The translations under genes and the position numbers were made by a program. Below, piece by piece: positions 51,424 through 62,071 of a stretch of DNA of 64,000 nt (positions are counted from its first letter, which is position 1; the number at the start of each line of letters is the position of its first letter). A model generated the notes under the pieces. The model ran no database searches and was not told where the DNA came from. It worked only from the letters and a program-made list of their open reading frames with translations. The stretch lies in contig OY970368.1 in the NCBI GenBank assembly GCA_963718615.1, forward strand, positions 4,736,001-4,800,000. The letters run 5' to 3'. The stretch comes from an uncultured cyanobacterium. GTDB taxonomy: Bacteria; Cyanobacteriota; Cyanobacteriia; PCC-9006; JAAUQQ01.

Positions 51424-53364
51424 CTACTGGGACGATGATGTTTTCTCTGGCGCTTCATACACCGGGGATTCATAGGGCGGCGGCGTCAGGGATTCACCCA
51501 CGGCACGCTGCATTTGTACCAGGGCCAAGTTGTAATTAAGGATGGCGCTGACCCGATTCCCCCTGGCCGTGGTCAGATCCCGTTCTGCATCCACGACCTC
51601 GGTTTGGGTGCCAACCCCCGCCTGGAACCGGAGACGCGCTAAGCGCAAGGCATCCTCCGCCTGGGTTACCCCCTTTTCCGAGGTAGCAATGTTGTTGAAG
51701 TTGGACTGTAAATCATAGAAGGCGTTTTCTACCTCCTGCCGGACGCCATCACGTACGTTTTCAAACTGTTCTTCAGCAATGGACTTATCCAATTCCCGCT
51801 GCCGCGCACTGGCCTTGGCGGCCCCACCATCAAAGAACTGCCACTGGAAATTGACACCTAAGGTGTAATCCAACTGGGGGCTAAACGTTCCACTCTTCGC
51901 GACGCTTTCTGTTCCTTGACGATTGGTCGTCGCGGTCCGACTAAACTGCCGACTAAACTGAAACCCTGCAGATGGACCCGCCTGGGCAAAGAGACTAACC
52001 GTGGGCTTATTTGCTGCTAAGGCAATCTCTCGCCGAGCATCGCTAATCTCTCGCTGGAGTAACTGATTGTCGAGCTCTACGCGATTTTGATAGGCCAAGA
52101 CGATGCTGTCTTGAAGCGACGTAGCCCACTGTCCAGCCACGCGCACCGGATCCGCCGCTGTGACATTGACCATTTGCTCAACGCTCAACTGTTGGGATAA
52201 GGCCCGCTGGGCTTTTTGCTGATTGCTGATATTGGTGATCAGCTGCTGCTGGGTATTGGCCAACTGCACTTCCGCCTGCAACACCGCAAACCGAGTCCCG
52301 ACCCCTGCCCGTTCTAGGGATTGGGCATCTTTTAAGCTTTGCTGAGCACTCCGAACGGATTCGCGGGCAATTTCAACCTGCTCATCGGCGTTTTGCAGGG
52401 CATAGTAGCTTTGGCTCACATCCAGACGGAGCTGGGCCAGCGCTTGATTCAAGGATAATTCTGCCTGGGCCTTTTGCTTTTCTGCGGCCCGAATAGCCGC
52501 TGCTCGACCGGGGGCTATTAAATTGTAATCGACCCGCACATTCCCACTCCCGGTCAGGTCAGCCTGCCGAGAGGTTTGATAGTCGGTGGTAGTTGGCGGT
52601 TCATTATAGATAACATCTGTACGAGACATGGTGCCGGTTTGGCGTCCCTGGGCGTTGACCGAGGCTTGGGGCGATCGCGCCGCTTTTGCTTGATCGACGG
52701 CGGCTTGGCTCTGATCAACCTGAAGCTGTTGAATCCGGATGGTGGGGTTGTTTTGACGGGCGATGGCGATCGCCTCCTCCAACGAAATCGCCTCCACCTG
52801 CTGAATCACCACATCATCCGCATTGGTGGGCCGAGTCAGATTGGGTTGCTGGTCCGTGAGCGGCGGCAAGGCCACCGGGGGGGGCGGGGCTGGAGCGGTT
52901 GAGCCATCCACCGGAGTCATCTCATCCGGGGTTGCTGGGGGCACCGGTTGGGTAGGCGAAGTTTGCGCCGGCGTGACCGGCTGCGGCGTCGTCGGTTCAC
53001 CTAAAAACTCCTGCTCCACCGGATCCGAGGTTGTGTCGATCGGAACTTGGCTGGCAGGGGGTTGAGCCACTTGGGCGACTTCGGGTTCAGCGGTTGTAGC
53101 CTGAGCCACAACTACTGGGGCTAGATCCTGGGTTTCCATCACCAAGCCTGAAACCGACTGGGCGATTTGAGAGAGCTGATTCGATGAGGCAGTGGAGGAT
53201 GGGGTGGGAGCAGCAACATCTTGCGTTTCCTCAGCTTCCACTTCAACCGCAGGCGCGGATTCCACCGTTGCCTGGGCTCGAACGATCGGTGGGAGCACCG
53301 CTGCCTCACCCAAAGAAACCGCAGCCCCAAGACCCAGAGCTGTTAGATAATGAAAAGCTTTCAT
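51424..53364 (-). CDS. tolC: TolC-family outer membrane efflux protein (HgdD-like)
   Basis: Signal peptide and Pro/Thr-rich linker; two OEP repeats (ISLEEAI, AGVGTRFAVL, ARLRFQAGVGTQ). Confidence 0.9.
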   Translation of the reverse strand: MKAFHYLTALGLGAAVSLGEAAVLPPIVRAQATVESAPAVEVEAEETQDVAAPTPSSTASSNQLSQIAQSVSGLVMETQDLAPVVVAQATTAEPEVAQVAQPPASQVPIDTTSDPVEQEFLGEPTTPQPVTPAQTSPTQPVPPATPDEMTPVDGSTAPAPPPPVALPPLTDQQPNLTRPTNADDVVIQQVEAISLEEAIAIARQNNPTIRIQQLQVDQSQAAVDQAKAARSPQASVNAQGRQTGTMSRTDVIYNEPPTTTDYQTSRQADLTGSGNVRVDYNLIAPGRAAAIRAAEKQKAQAELSLNQALAQLRLDVSQSYYALQNADEQVEIARESVRSAQQSLKDAQSLERAGVGTRFAVLQAEVQLANTQQQLITNISNQQKAQRALSQQLSVEQMVNVTAADPVRVAGQWATSLQDSIVLAYQNRVELDNQLLQREISDARREIALAANKPTVSLFAQAGPSAGFQFSRQFSRTATTNRQGTESVAKSGTFSPQLDYTLGVNFQWQFFDGGAAKASARQRELDKSIAEEQFENVRDGVRQEVENAFYDLQSNFNNIATSEKGVTQAEDALRLARLRFQAGVGTQTEVVDAERDLTTARGNRVSAILNYNLALVQMQRAVGESLTPPPYESPVYEAPEKTSSSQ

Positions 53365-53553
53365 AGTCCAGTAGAAATACGACGAGCAGGCTTAATCGGC
53401 AAAAAAGGGACCTAGACCGGTAAACATTCTATGCCATCCCTCTTTATTCAAGGGATAATCCACTGGATCTGCACGATTATGCTGAGCATATGTAAGGTTT
53501 GCGACAAGGTTTAGCGGATCAGCGAAGACAAAAGAAAGGGGCTTTTTCTCAAG

Positions 53554-55038
53554 CTATGGGACGAGACAGGGAGATCCGTCGTCTTGTAGGCAAGCCGCGA
53601 GGAGGCCCTCAAGACCTTGAGCCACACGAATGGGGGTATTCAGCGCAAGCGCCACATCTTCAATGCGCAGATCATCCAGAAAACAGGTGTCACCCTGTTT
53701 CAGCATGACGGAGGGAAGAATTAAGGCATCGCCCAGGGATTCTCCCGCCAGACCTTGTATTAAGTCTTCCCCGGTTAATAATCCAGTTACCGTTAGCGAT
53801 TGGCCCCAATACTGACTGGCTAAGCCTTTGAGCTTAATTTCTAGACCTTGGACCGAATTGAGACGGTCTTGCAGGGGCTGAAAGGCTTTTTCGACCACAT
53901 TGCCCACAACCCAGGTAAACCTGCGGGGCTGCGGCAGGGCTGGAGGAAGCTGCTGGGCGGCGGCTTGAAACTGCTCGATAAAGGCGCGAATCGAGCCCAC
54001 ACCATTTTCGAGCTGGGGGTAATCTTCGTAGTCGGCGGTGGAGGGCAGGTCGCGCCCCGCAATCAAAAACCATTCGTCGGCCAACCAGGCAAACCGGGAG
54101 CCCAGCTGCGTCTGAAAGTCTTGCTGAAGGGATTGCACTAACGCGATGACGGCATCGGCATCGGCAGGGTCCACGGGGCGCAGCTCATCCTGGTCTGGCC
54201 GGAACCGCGTTAGGCCGACGGGCACCACCGCTGCGGAAAGAACGGCGGCGTTGTCGGGGTCGGTGTGAAACTGCGCCAGATCGAGCAGGGTACGGCGGAG
54301 GTGCTCACCATCATTGATACCGGGACAGACGACCACTTGGGCGTGGATTTGCAATTGACGATCCTGAAACCACTGGAGCTGGTTAAGGATTTGCCCTGCT
54401 CGTTCATTTTTGAGCAATCGACGCCGAATCTCGGGCTCGGTGGCATGGACTGAAACAAATAGCGGCGAGAGCCGCAGCCGCTCGATGCGGTCCCATTCTC
54501 GTTGGGAGAGATTGGTTAGCGTCAAATAGGAGCCGTAGAGAAAGCTGAGGCGATAGTCGTCGTCTTTGAGATACAGGGTTTCCCGTTTGCCGGGTGGCTG
54601 CTGGTCAATGAAACAAAAGGGACAGCGATTATTGCACTGGATCAGCCCATCAAACAGGGCGCTGGCAAATTCGAGGCCGAGGTCGTCATCGTAGTCTTTT
54701 TCGATTTCGACGTGATGGGATTGACCTTGGCGATCGATCACTTCCAGTTCCAGCCATTCATCCGCACAGAGAAAGCGATAGTCGATCAGGTCGCGGGGAT
54801 ATTCGCCGTTGATGGAGAGGATGCGATCGCCCACCTCAAAGCCAATCTCCTCCGCAATCGATCCGGGTACGACCCGAGTAATTTGGGCGGGTTGAACGGT
54901 GCTGGGCGGCATTACGGGCAGCTCGTAGGCCTTTCCGGGAACGGTTTCGGTCGTCGTTCCAGTGGTGCTAGGTCCAGTAGTGCTAGGTCCAGTGGTGGAT
55001 ATCCCCATAAAAAACGCGGGCTTAGGATCACGGTGCAT
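53554..55038 (-). CDS. TIGR03279-family PDZ/radical-SAM (DUF512) protein
   Basis: PDZ-like PGSIAEEIG; CNNRCPFC; KDDDYRLSFLYGSY; YPQLENGVG. Confidence 0.9.
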   Translation of the reverse strand: MHRDPKPAFFMGISTTGPSTTGPSTTGTTTETVPGKAYELPVMPPSTVQPAQITRVVPGSIAEEIGFEVGDRILSINGEYPRDLIDYRFLCADEWLELEVIDRQGQSHHVEIEKDYDDDLGLEFASALFDGLIQCNNRCPFCFIDQQPPGKRETLYLKDDDYRLSFLYGSYLTLTNLSQREWDRIERLRLSPLFVSVHATEPEIRRRLLKNERAGQILNQLQWFQDRQLQIHAQVVVCPGINDGEHLRRTLLDLAQFHTDPDNAAVLSAAVVPVGLTRFRPDQDELRPVDPADADAVIALVQSLQQDFQTQLGSRFAWLADEWFLIAGRDLPSTADYEDYPQLENGVGSIRAFIEQFQAAAQQLPPALPQPRRFTWVVGNVVEKAFQPLQDRLNSVQGLEIKLKGLASQYWGQSLTVTGLLTGEDLIQGLAGESLGDALILPSVMLKQGDTCFLDDLRIEDVALALNTPIRVAQGLEGLLAACLQDDGSPCLVP

Positions 55039-55093
55039 TCCTCTATCCTAAGCCCCTCTCAGCCCCGCTTCTTAGCATTGAGTCGCCAACCGC

Positions 55094-55960
55094 TTAAGCC
55101 TTGAGCAGTCCCCCGCCGATCGCCGCCAGCAGTGCTGCCCCGAGGGCCAAGCGGTACCAAACAAACACCCAACTGCTGTTTTGTCGCAGAAATTTGAGCA
55201 ACCAGGCGATCGACAGATAGGAAAATACAAAGGCTGAGGCGGTCCCCACTAGCAATGGAACCAGCATGCTGCCATGGTTTAAGGCATCTTTGGCCTGAAC
55301 TAAAGTGGCGATGGTCAGTGTCGGAATGCCAAGCAGAAAGGAAAACCGGGCCGCCGTATCGCGCTTGAGCCCTAGAAAAAGTGCTGTTGTGAGCGTGGAG
55401 CCGGAGCGGGATGCCCCCGGCAAGAGGGCCAGCATTTGGCCGAAACCCACCAAAACCCCATCGGAAATTTTCAGCTGGTCAAAATCGCGCAGGCGGCGAC
55501 CGTAGCGCTCCGCCAAGCCCAGCAACACCGCCATGACGAGAGACATCACCGCAATGATGGAGGCCCGATCCACATCAACATTGAGCAGCTTAAGGACTAA
55601 TCCCCCGGCTAGGGCGGGCACCGTACCGATGGCAATGCCAATAAAAATTTTCCATTCTTCTCGCTGCCAATCCCGGTCTCGAAAAGCCGACCAGGCTCCC
55701 CCAAAAATAGTTTTGAGGTCTTGGCGGAAATAGCCGATCACCGCCAGAACACTGCCAAACTGAATAGCATCGGTGGCAGCTTTATCCCAGGTGTCTTTCC
55801 ATCCCAAAATATCGGAGAAAATTAGAAGATGCGCCGTGCTGCTAATCGGCAAGAATTCCGTAATCCCCTGGACTAAACCCAGAATAATGGCTTGAAACCA
55901 TTGGGTTGGTGCGCCAGTTACTGCGCAGGTCCAGGCCACAGGGGGCAACAACCCACTCAT
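55094..55960 (-). CDS. uppP: Undecaprenyl-diphosphate phosphatase
   Basis: LGLVQGITEFLPISSTAHL, PGASRSGST, AARFSFLL. Confidence 0.96.
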   Translation of the reverse strand: MSGLLPPVAWTCAVTGAPTQWFQAIILGLVQGITEFLPISSTAHLLIFSDILGWKDTWDKAATDAIQFGSVLAVIGYFRQDLKTIFGGAWSAFRDRDWQREEWKIFIGIAIGTVPALAGGLVLKLLNVDVDRASIIAVMSLVMAVLLGLAERYGRRLRDFDQLKISDGVLVGFGQMLALLPGASRSGSTLTTALFLGLKRDTAARFSFLLGIPTLTIATLVQAKDALNHGSMLVPLLVGTASAFVFSYLSIAWLLKFLRQNSSWVFVWYRLALGAALLAAIGGGLLKA

Positions 55961-56036
55961 CTTGTTCTCCTTAGTTATGCAAATTCGTCCGGTTAACCCA
56001 CCAATCTTAGAGCGCGATCGCCTTAATGAAACACGC

Positions 56037-58454
56037 CTAAATCAAGCATGCCCGCAAGACCTTATCCACTCGCTGCTGCTCCGCCACCAGGGACTGCAAA
56101 AGCCAAGTGAAGTGAGTGAAATTCACCGTTTCTGGATGGTCGTGACCCGATTGGGCGAGGGCTTCCAACTGCTGACAAAGGCCAGCTAGCCGCTGGGCTC
56201 CCAGGGTCGTGCAAGCGGGACCTAGGCTATGGCCCAAATCCGCTAACTGTAACCAAGCTTGAGCCTTGAGGGCCGCCTGCATCGCCTCAATTTGCTGCTC
56301 GGCCTCCTCTAAAAAGGTGTGGATGAGGTCTTCTAGAAAGCACGAATCCTGATCCGACCAGGTTTGAATATCTTGAAGGGCAGTCAGATCAAGGGTTAAG
56401 GCCGCCGGATCGAGCATAAAAGGCGCAGGAATCAAGGGCAGGGTAAAGTGAAATCGAGTCCCTGGACTGGCCATAGCCACCTGCCAGCCGGGAGGGGGAT
56501 TGCCGCCAATTTGGCCATCGCTTTCGAACCAAATTTGCCCTCCCATGAGCTGGGTCAGGCGATCGCAAATCGCTAGCCCCAATCCCGTACCGCCGTAGCG
56601 TCGAGTAATCGAGCGATTGGCTTGGCTAAAGGGCTGAAACAGGTGGGCGATCGCCGCCGCCTCAATGCCAATTCCCGTATCTTCTACCGTAACGTGTAAA
56701 TAGCGTCCTGCTTGGGGTCCCGCTTGTCCTTGACCCCCTTGCACCCGTACCGTCACGCTGCCCTCTTCGGTGAATTTGATGGCATTGCTGATCAAATTGC
56801 AGAGAATCTGCCGGACGCGAGTCACGTCTGCCAGCAGGGTCACCGGAATCTCGATCTCTAGAACCGCACCGAGTTTGAGGCCCTTGTCTTTGGCTATGGG
56901 CTCAAACAAACCCAGGAGTTCGTATAGGATCTGGGGGAGATCGAAGGGCTGGAGTTCAAGACTGATTTTGTGGGATTCAATTTTGGAAAAGTCCAGCAAA
57001 TCGTTCAGAATCGTCAATAAATCTTCCCCCCCTGACCGAATTGCCTCGGCATGGGTGCGTTGTTCTGCGCCCAGGGGGCCATCGAGCAGCAGACTGGTCA
57101 TGCCAATCACGGCATTGAGGGGGGTGCGGATTTCATGGCTCATGATCGCCAAAAATTCGCTTTTGGCTTGGTTAGCTGCTTGGGCCTCTTGGGTCGCTTG
57201 GCGCAGGGCAATTTCGGCGCGGTGGCGATCGCTAATATCCTCAGCAATCCCCGCGATCCGATAAACCTGACCCGCTTCGTCCAAAACCGGAAAGCCCCGA
57301 GAGCAAATCCAGCGAATTTCACCATCGGGACGAATAATTCGATAGGTCAAATCGATACTCAACCCCGCCGTGCGCCGCCGCAAAATTTCGGCTTCAACCC
57401 GCTCCTTATCCTCGGGATGAACACTGCCCAGCCAAATATCGGGATTTTCGTAGAGGGTTTGATGGGGCACGCCCCAAATGTCTTCGTAGGCCGGACTGAT
57501 ATACAGCAGTTGATAGGGCTGGGCCTGATAGATAAAAAAAACTTGGTTGAGATTGGCCGCGAGCTGTTGAAACCGCTCCTCGCTTTCCCGTAGGGCTGCT
57601 TCTGCCAGTTTGCGATCGTGAATGTCCTGCACCACACAGATGGTATAGAGCGGAATGCGGCTGGGATCCCGAATCAGAGAAACCGTCGCGGTAATCCAAC
57701 GGAAATCCCCTTGGGACCGAATCAAACGCTTTTCCTGGGTAAAGCCAGCCCGTTCTCCAGCCAGCATTTCCCCATTGACCCCAGTGAGTTCCGCCGCCAC
57801 ATCCTCTGGATGAAAGAGGTCTTGCCAGCGCATCTGCATCAGCTCGTTTTCTGCATAGCCTGCAATCTCGCAAAACCGCTGATTGACCTGGAGATAGCGC
57901 CCGGAGCAGGCATCGGTCATGGTAATCCCCACGGCGGCTTGGTCAAAGATCGACCGATAGCGGGCCTCACTATCTTCCAAGGCTCGGACGAGGAGCTGCT
58001 GCCGGGTATAGGTAACGGCATTGATGCCGGAGAGCGGAAAGGCTTCGACGGTTTCTAGCAAAAAAGCTTGGATCGAGGCAACGCGCACCACGCCTAGGGG
58101 CTTTTGCTCCCAGTCCAGCACCGGCAAGCAGAGAAACTGCCCGCGCTCAAACCGATCTAGGAGTGACCAGGGTTTTTGGCAATCGCTAGGTGTTAAACAA
58201 GGTAGGTCAAATTGGGCCACGTCTGCTAAGTATATCTCGGTCGGATTGCTCTCCCTGCCCGATATCGCTTGGGTTGCCAAGGCCCGCAGAATGTCCCGAT
58301 GGGTACAAACCCCCAGCTTTCCTAGGATTTCGGAACGCACCAAAATACAATCTTCAGCAATTTCATTGAGAATGGCGATCGCCTCTGCCAGGGACTGATG
58401 GTCAGACAAAATCGGGGGACAGGGGCAAAGAATTCGCTGCAGAGAAATTTGCAT
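56037..58454 (-). CDS. Sensor histidine kinase, CBS-PAS-PAS-HisKA-HATPase-Hpt
   Basis: FLAIMSHEIRTPLN, NLISNAIKFT, DTGIGI, GGTGLGL; C-terminal Hpt-like GHSLGPACTTLGA; no receiver domain. Confidence 0.9.
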   Translation of the reverse strand: MQISLQRILCPCPPILSDHQSLAEAIAILNEIAEDCILVRSEILGKLGVCTHRDILRALATQAISGRESNPTEIYLADVAQFDLPCLTPSDCQKPWSLLDRFERGQFLCLPVLDWEQKPLGVVRVASIQAFLLETVEAFPLSGINAVTYTRQQLLVRALEDSEARYRSIFDQAAVGITMTDACSGRYLQVNQRFCEIAGYAENELMQMRWQDLFHPEDVAAELTGVNGEMLAGERAGFTQEKRLIRSQGDFRWITATVSLIRDPSRIPLYTICVVQDIHDRKLAEAALRESEERFQQLAANLNQVFFIYQAQPYQLLYISPAYEDIWGVPHQTLYENPDIWLGSVHPEDKERVEAEILRRRTAGLSIDLTYRIIRPDGEIRWICSRGFPVLDEAGQVYRIAGIAEDISDRHRAEIALRQATQEAQAANQAKSEFLAIMSHEIRTPLNAVIGMTSLLLDGPLGAEQRTHAEAIRSGGEDLLTILNDLLDFSKIESHKISLELQPFDLPQILYELLGLFEPIAKDKGLKLGAVLEIEIPVTLLADVTRVRQILCNLISNAIKFTEEGSVTVRVQGGQGQAGPQAGRYLHVTVEDTGIGIEAAAIAHLFQPFSQANRSITRRYGGTGLGLAICDRLTQLMGGQIWFESDGQIGGNPPPGWQVAMASPGTRFHFTLPLIPAPFMLDPAALTLDLTALQDIQTWSDQDSCFLEDLIHTFLEEAEQQIEAMQAALKAQAWLQLADLGHSLGPACTTLGAQRLAGLCQQLEALAQSGHDHPETVNFTHFTWLLQSLVAEQQRVDKVLRACLI

Positions 58455-58664
58455 AGGTTACAAAGGCACACCCGAAGCAGCTATTTTATCCCGTTCTACC
58501 TAGTTTATACCGTTCCACCTAGTCTTTTAGCATAGAGCGCCCCTTGCCATGACTGGGTTTAGGATGAACAGTTCTGAAACAGGGGGTCCCAAGATGGAGG
58601 TTAAAGCATAGGTTGATTCCGTAAAACTCTTTAAGTACAAATGAACTATAATTAATTTATTCCT

Positions 58665-59792
58665 TTGCTCAACTGGATGCCTCCGATGAATCAGTCTTTG
58701 CCTGTTGCGGTTTTAGCTGCCCCAAATTCAGCCGCTCCAAATTTAGCTGCTCCAAATTCAGTCGCTCTAAATTCGGCATCCTCGTTCTGGGTTCGTTGTG
58801 TTCAGGGGTTAACCCATCATGTCAAGCAGCTCTGCCGGCGGGTGTCGCTCTTCGGTGTGGCGGGACTGGCCAGTGTTGCGATTGGCTCCCGGTCTCCGGT
58901 GCAAGCGGCGGAGAGTCTCGCCCTGTCCTTTGATTTGCCTGTGACGGCGGCCAAGGTTGAACCCCAAGCGCCCCCTGTCGGTGTTGAGCAAGCATCTACG
59001 CGCAAGCAGCACCCCTTAAATCCGATTCCAGAGGTTTGGTGGCATCAAGGGAGCGCTTCGCCCATTGCGATCGCCATCGGTTGCGCAGAGGGAACACGGC
59101 AGGCCAATGGGGAAAAAACAGCGGCCTATTACTGGCACGCGGACCCTGGCAATGGGGCCGATAATTTCGGAACATTTAGCTATCAGCATTTACCGGCGGC
59201 GCTCAAGTATCCGGTGCAACGCCAAACCCAAACCCAGGCGAAGCGGGAGGCCGCAGCCCTGGCCCAGTTGCCCGAAATCGCCGATGGCGAACAGCTCAAA
59301 CGCCTACGACAGTTTCAGTCGCAACTACAAGCCCAGGCCCAGCAGCACAATCTGGCTTTAACTCAGCTAGAGTTGCTCAATGGTCTGGACCTCGCCAATC
59401 AAAGCGAAGCCGCCGCGCTTTCGATCCAGGGCTATGTGGATCGCCTCGCCCAAATGAAACATCTCAGCCTTGACCCCCTGGAGCAAATTCGCGAAGCTCG
59501 GGTCTGGTCCTACTGGCACCCTGACCGGCAAGACTGGGATGCCCCCGGTTTGGGCAATACCTATGAGGATATTCGGCGGGACCAGGTTCGTCGTCTGGAG
59601 GCCATTCAAGCGGCGATCGCCTCCTATAAAGCTCAACCGGAAACTCAAACCCAACCGGAAACGGTTGCCCAAAAAACTGATGTGAAACAGCCTGCCGTGA
59701 AACAGCCTTTAACAGAAGAATTTCGCGTTTCTCAAAGGGTCTCCAGCCATCGGAGTCCGGAGGCGATCGCAGACCAAATCATTTTCTTCTAA
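58665..59792 (+). CDS. Hypothetical protein, possibly lysozyme-like fold
   Basis: AIGCAEGTR...YYWHADPGNGADNFGTFSYQH block; N-terminal AAPNS/L repeats and a hydrophobic segment; start uncertain. Confidence 0.7.
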   Translation: MLNWMPPMNQSLPVAVLAAPNSAAPNLAAPNSVALNSASSFWVRCVQGLTHHVKQLCRRVSLFGVAGLASVAIGSRSPVQAAESLALSFDLPVTAAKVEPQAPPVGVEQASTRKQHPLNPIPEVWWHQGSASPIAIAIGCAEGTRQANGEKTAAYYWHADPGNGADNFGTFSYQHLPAALKYPVQRQTQTQAKREAAALAQLPEIADGEQLKRLRQFQSQLQAQAQQHNLALTQLELLNGLDLANQSEAAALSIQGYVDRLAQMKHLSLDPLEQIREARVWSYWHPDRQDWDAPGLGNTYEDIRRDQVRRLEAIQAAIASYKAQPETQTQPETVAQKTDVKQPAVKQPLTEEFRVSQRVSSHRSPEAIADQIIFF

Positions 59793-59801
59793 CGACGGCT
59801 C

Positions 59802-62021
59802 TTAACGACGGCCCAGGGGTTGATAGTCATCGGCATAGTCGCTGCTATAGGCGGCCTCAAACTCATCATCTTCGAGCACATCCAAGTCGCCAAACTCGTC
59901 TTCAATCGTGGTTTCCTGCACCGTAATATCTGCGCCATTGATGACCACACCAAAGAAGGGAATTTGGGCCTCGCTAATCATTTCCAGCGCCTCGTTCAGC
60001 ATGCTTTCTTGGGTCTGGCCAGGGCGCGTCACCACCATAAAGCCGTCAACGGAGGGCTCCATTAACAGCGCGTCGTTGTACCGCAAAATCGACGGCGTAT
60101 CGATGACCACAAAATCAAAGCGACCGCGACAGTCATCGAGTAAGCGTTTCATCTCGCTGGATTCGAGAATGGCAGCGGGTTGGCGTTGCGGACCCGTACT
60201 GGGAACGATATAGAGATTTTCTAGACTGGGGACCAGCCGAATACAGTCGCTAGGGCTACCGTAATATTGCAGCGGCTCTAGGGTCGCTCCCAGGTCAGGG
60301 GCTACGCCCAGGCATTCGATCAGCGAGGATTTGCGCAGATCGGCTTCTACGAGAACGGTACGTTTACCGGCACGGGCGGAGGCGATCGCCAAGTTGTAGG
60401 CACAATGGGTCTTGCCTTCGCTCTGTCCAGCGCTAGTCACCAGAATCACCTTCGCTCCCTTACCGCCCATGCGTCTGAGATTACCCCGCAGTCGTTCATA
60501 GGCATTGAGATAGGGCGAGCCTTCTTCGGTAATCAACGAAACACCGCGATCGTCCTGGAGCAAGGGCGGTGGCAACAGGGCTTCGTCGATTAAGGGCAGC
60601 ATTTCCAGCAGGGGTGCCGTCTGCTGACGCAGGGCATTTTGCAGCTCTTCCTTGGTGTAGTAACGCCCTTCGAGGGTGCTCATTAAGAAGACTAAGGCTC
60701 CCCCCACAATGAGACCCGCTCCAGCACCGCCTAGCATCAACACCACAGGGCTGAGGGGACCCGAAACCTCCAACGGTTCGACGCCAGCCGGACGCTCAAT
60801 CCGCAAACTGGTTGAGGTTTCTGCTTCTGCGGCCTGGGCATCAATCAGGGCTGCTTGGACGCGATCGAAGAGGGCTTTTTTGAGGGCAACCCGCTGGGCC
60901 AGTCGCTGTTGTTCGAGCTGCTTGTTGGGAATCGTGGCATATTCCTGCCGCAGTTGCTGCTCAGTTTGAAGGGCCGCTTGAACCTGTTGTTGCAGCGTAT
61001 CTCGCTGGGTTTGCAGGCTCACGAGCGTATTGGCCAATTGCTGACGGGTGGGGTCGAGGCTACTCCGCTGCCGTAGTTCCGACATGGCTCCTGCTGTGGC
61101 GAGGGGGGCCGCAATGCCATTGCCCCCCAATACTTCTTGGGCGCGCTCGTTGAGTAGGGTTTTATAGGAATCCAGTTGATTTTGCAAAGCGATGACATCG
61201 GGGTGTTCGCCGCGTAAATCCCGGCGTAAAATTTCAAGCTGCGATTCGGCTTGGTAAATCTGGGCTCGCAGATTGGCGATGATCGGATCTGCGCTCAGGG
61301 CCGATGACACATAGGCTTGGTCCGCACTCAGACCCAAACGCCCTTCCAAGCTGCGAATTTGGGCATTGACCCCTTCGAGGGTGAGGCGGATTTGACGCTG
61401 TTGTTCTTTGGCTCCGGCGATCGCCCCCACCAAACTCCCCGTCCGCGCCGACAAAATATCCGCTTCCTCCCGCCGATTGTAAACCTCTAGCTCCTGCTCG
61501 GCGGCGCGCAGTTCTTCGGTAATGCTGGGTAACCGTTTGCTAATTTCTTCAATCCGAGCCCGCAACCGCGCTGAGTTAATCAGTTGGCTCTGCTGCACCA
61601 TGCCCTGCATCAGGGCCAGCACGACGGTTTTAGCCTCTTCCTCGTTGCCGCTGACGTAGTTAATCCCTATCAAAAAGGGGGTTTTGAGCGTTTCGTCTGC
61701 CTGCTGTACCGAAACCTGAAGCTTCTCTGCCATCATCTCTGGCTTGAGACCGGCTTGGCGTGCTGTCGCCTCAATGACATTATCCGCCAGCAACATCTCG
61801 CGGGTGATCACCTGCCCCGCCTGTTGAATTTGGCTGCCGGTCTCCGAAAAAAGCGCCGCTGGTTGATTGAGCGTCAGCGCCCCTTGGCCTCGATACTGGG
61901 GAGCCGGTGCCGTTTGCGTCAGGCTGATTAGCCCTGCGGCGGTGGTGGTGGCAGCCACACTCACCAAGGGAATCCATTTGTATTTGCCGAGGGCAATCAG
62001 GTAGCGCTTTAGAAAAGACAT
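59802..62021 (-). CDS. wzc: Polysaccharide co-polymerase / BY-kinase (Wzc/GumC-like)
   Basis: Two TMs around coiled coils; Walker A SAGQSEGKT, EADLR, Walker B VVIDTP; C-terminal Tyr cluster YSSDYADDY. Confidence 0.88.
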   Translation of the reverse strand: MSFLKRYLIALGKYKWIPLVSVAATTTAAGLISLTQTAPAPQYRGQGALTLNQPAALFSETGSQIQQAGQVITREMLLADNVIEATARQAGLKPEMMAEKLQVSVQQADETLKTPFLIGINYVSGNEEEAKTVVLALMQGMVQQSQLINSARLRARIEEISKRLPSITEELRAAEQELEVYNRREEADILSARTGSLVGAIAGAKEQQRQIRLTLEGVNAQIRSLEGRLGLSADQAYVSSALSADPIIANLRAQIYQAESQLEILRRDLRGEHPDVIALQNQLDSYKTLLNERAQEVLGGNGIAAPLATAGAMSELRQRSSLDPTRQQLANTLVSLQTQRDTLQQQVQAALQTEQQLRQEYATIPNKQLEQQRLAQRVALKKALFDRVQAALIDAQAAEAETSTSLRIERPAGVEPLEVSGPLSPVVLMLGGAGAGLIVGGALVFLMSTLEGRYYTKEELQNALRQQTAPLLEMLPLIDEALLPPPLLQDDRGVSLITEEGSPYLNAYERLRGNLRRMGGKGAKVILVTSAGQSEGKTHCAYNLAIASARAGKRTVLVEADLRKSSLIECLGVAPDLGATLEPLQYYGSPSDCIRLVPSLENLYIVPSTGPQRQPAAILESSEMKRLLDDCRGRFDFVVIDTPSILRYNDALLMEPSVDGFMVVTRPGQTQESMLNEALEMISEAQIPFFGVVINGADITVQETTIEDEFGDLDVLEDDEFEAAYSSDYADDYQPLGRR

Positions 62022-62071
62022 GGCAGAGGGCTTAAAGGGCTCAAAGGGCTCAGAAACAAGGCGTAGAAAAC

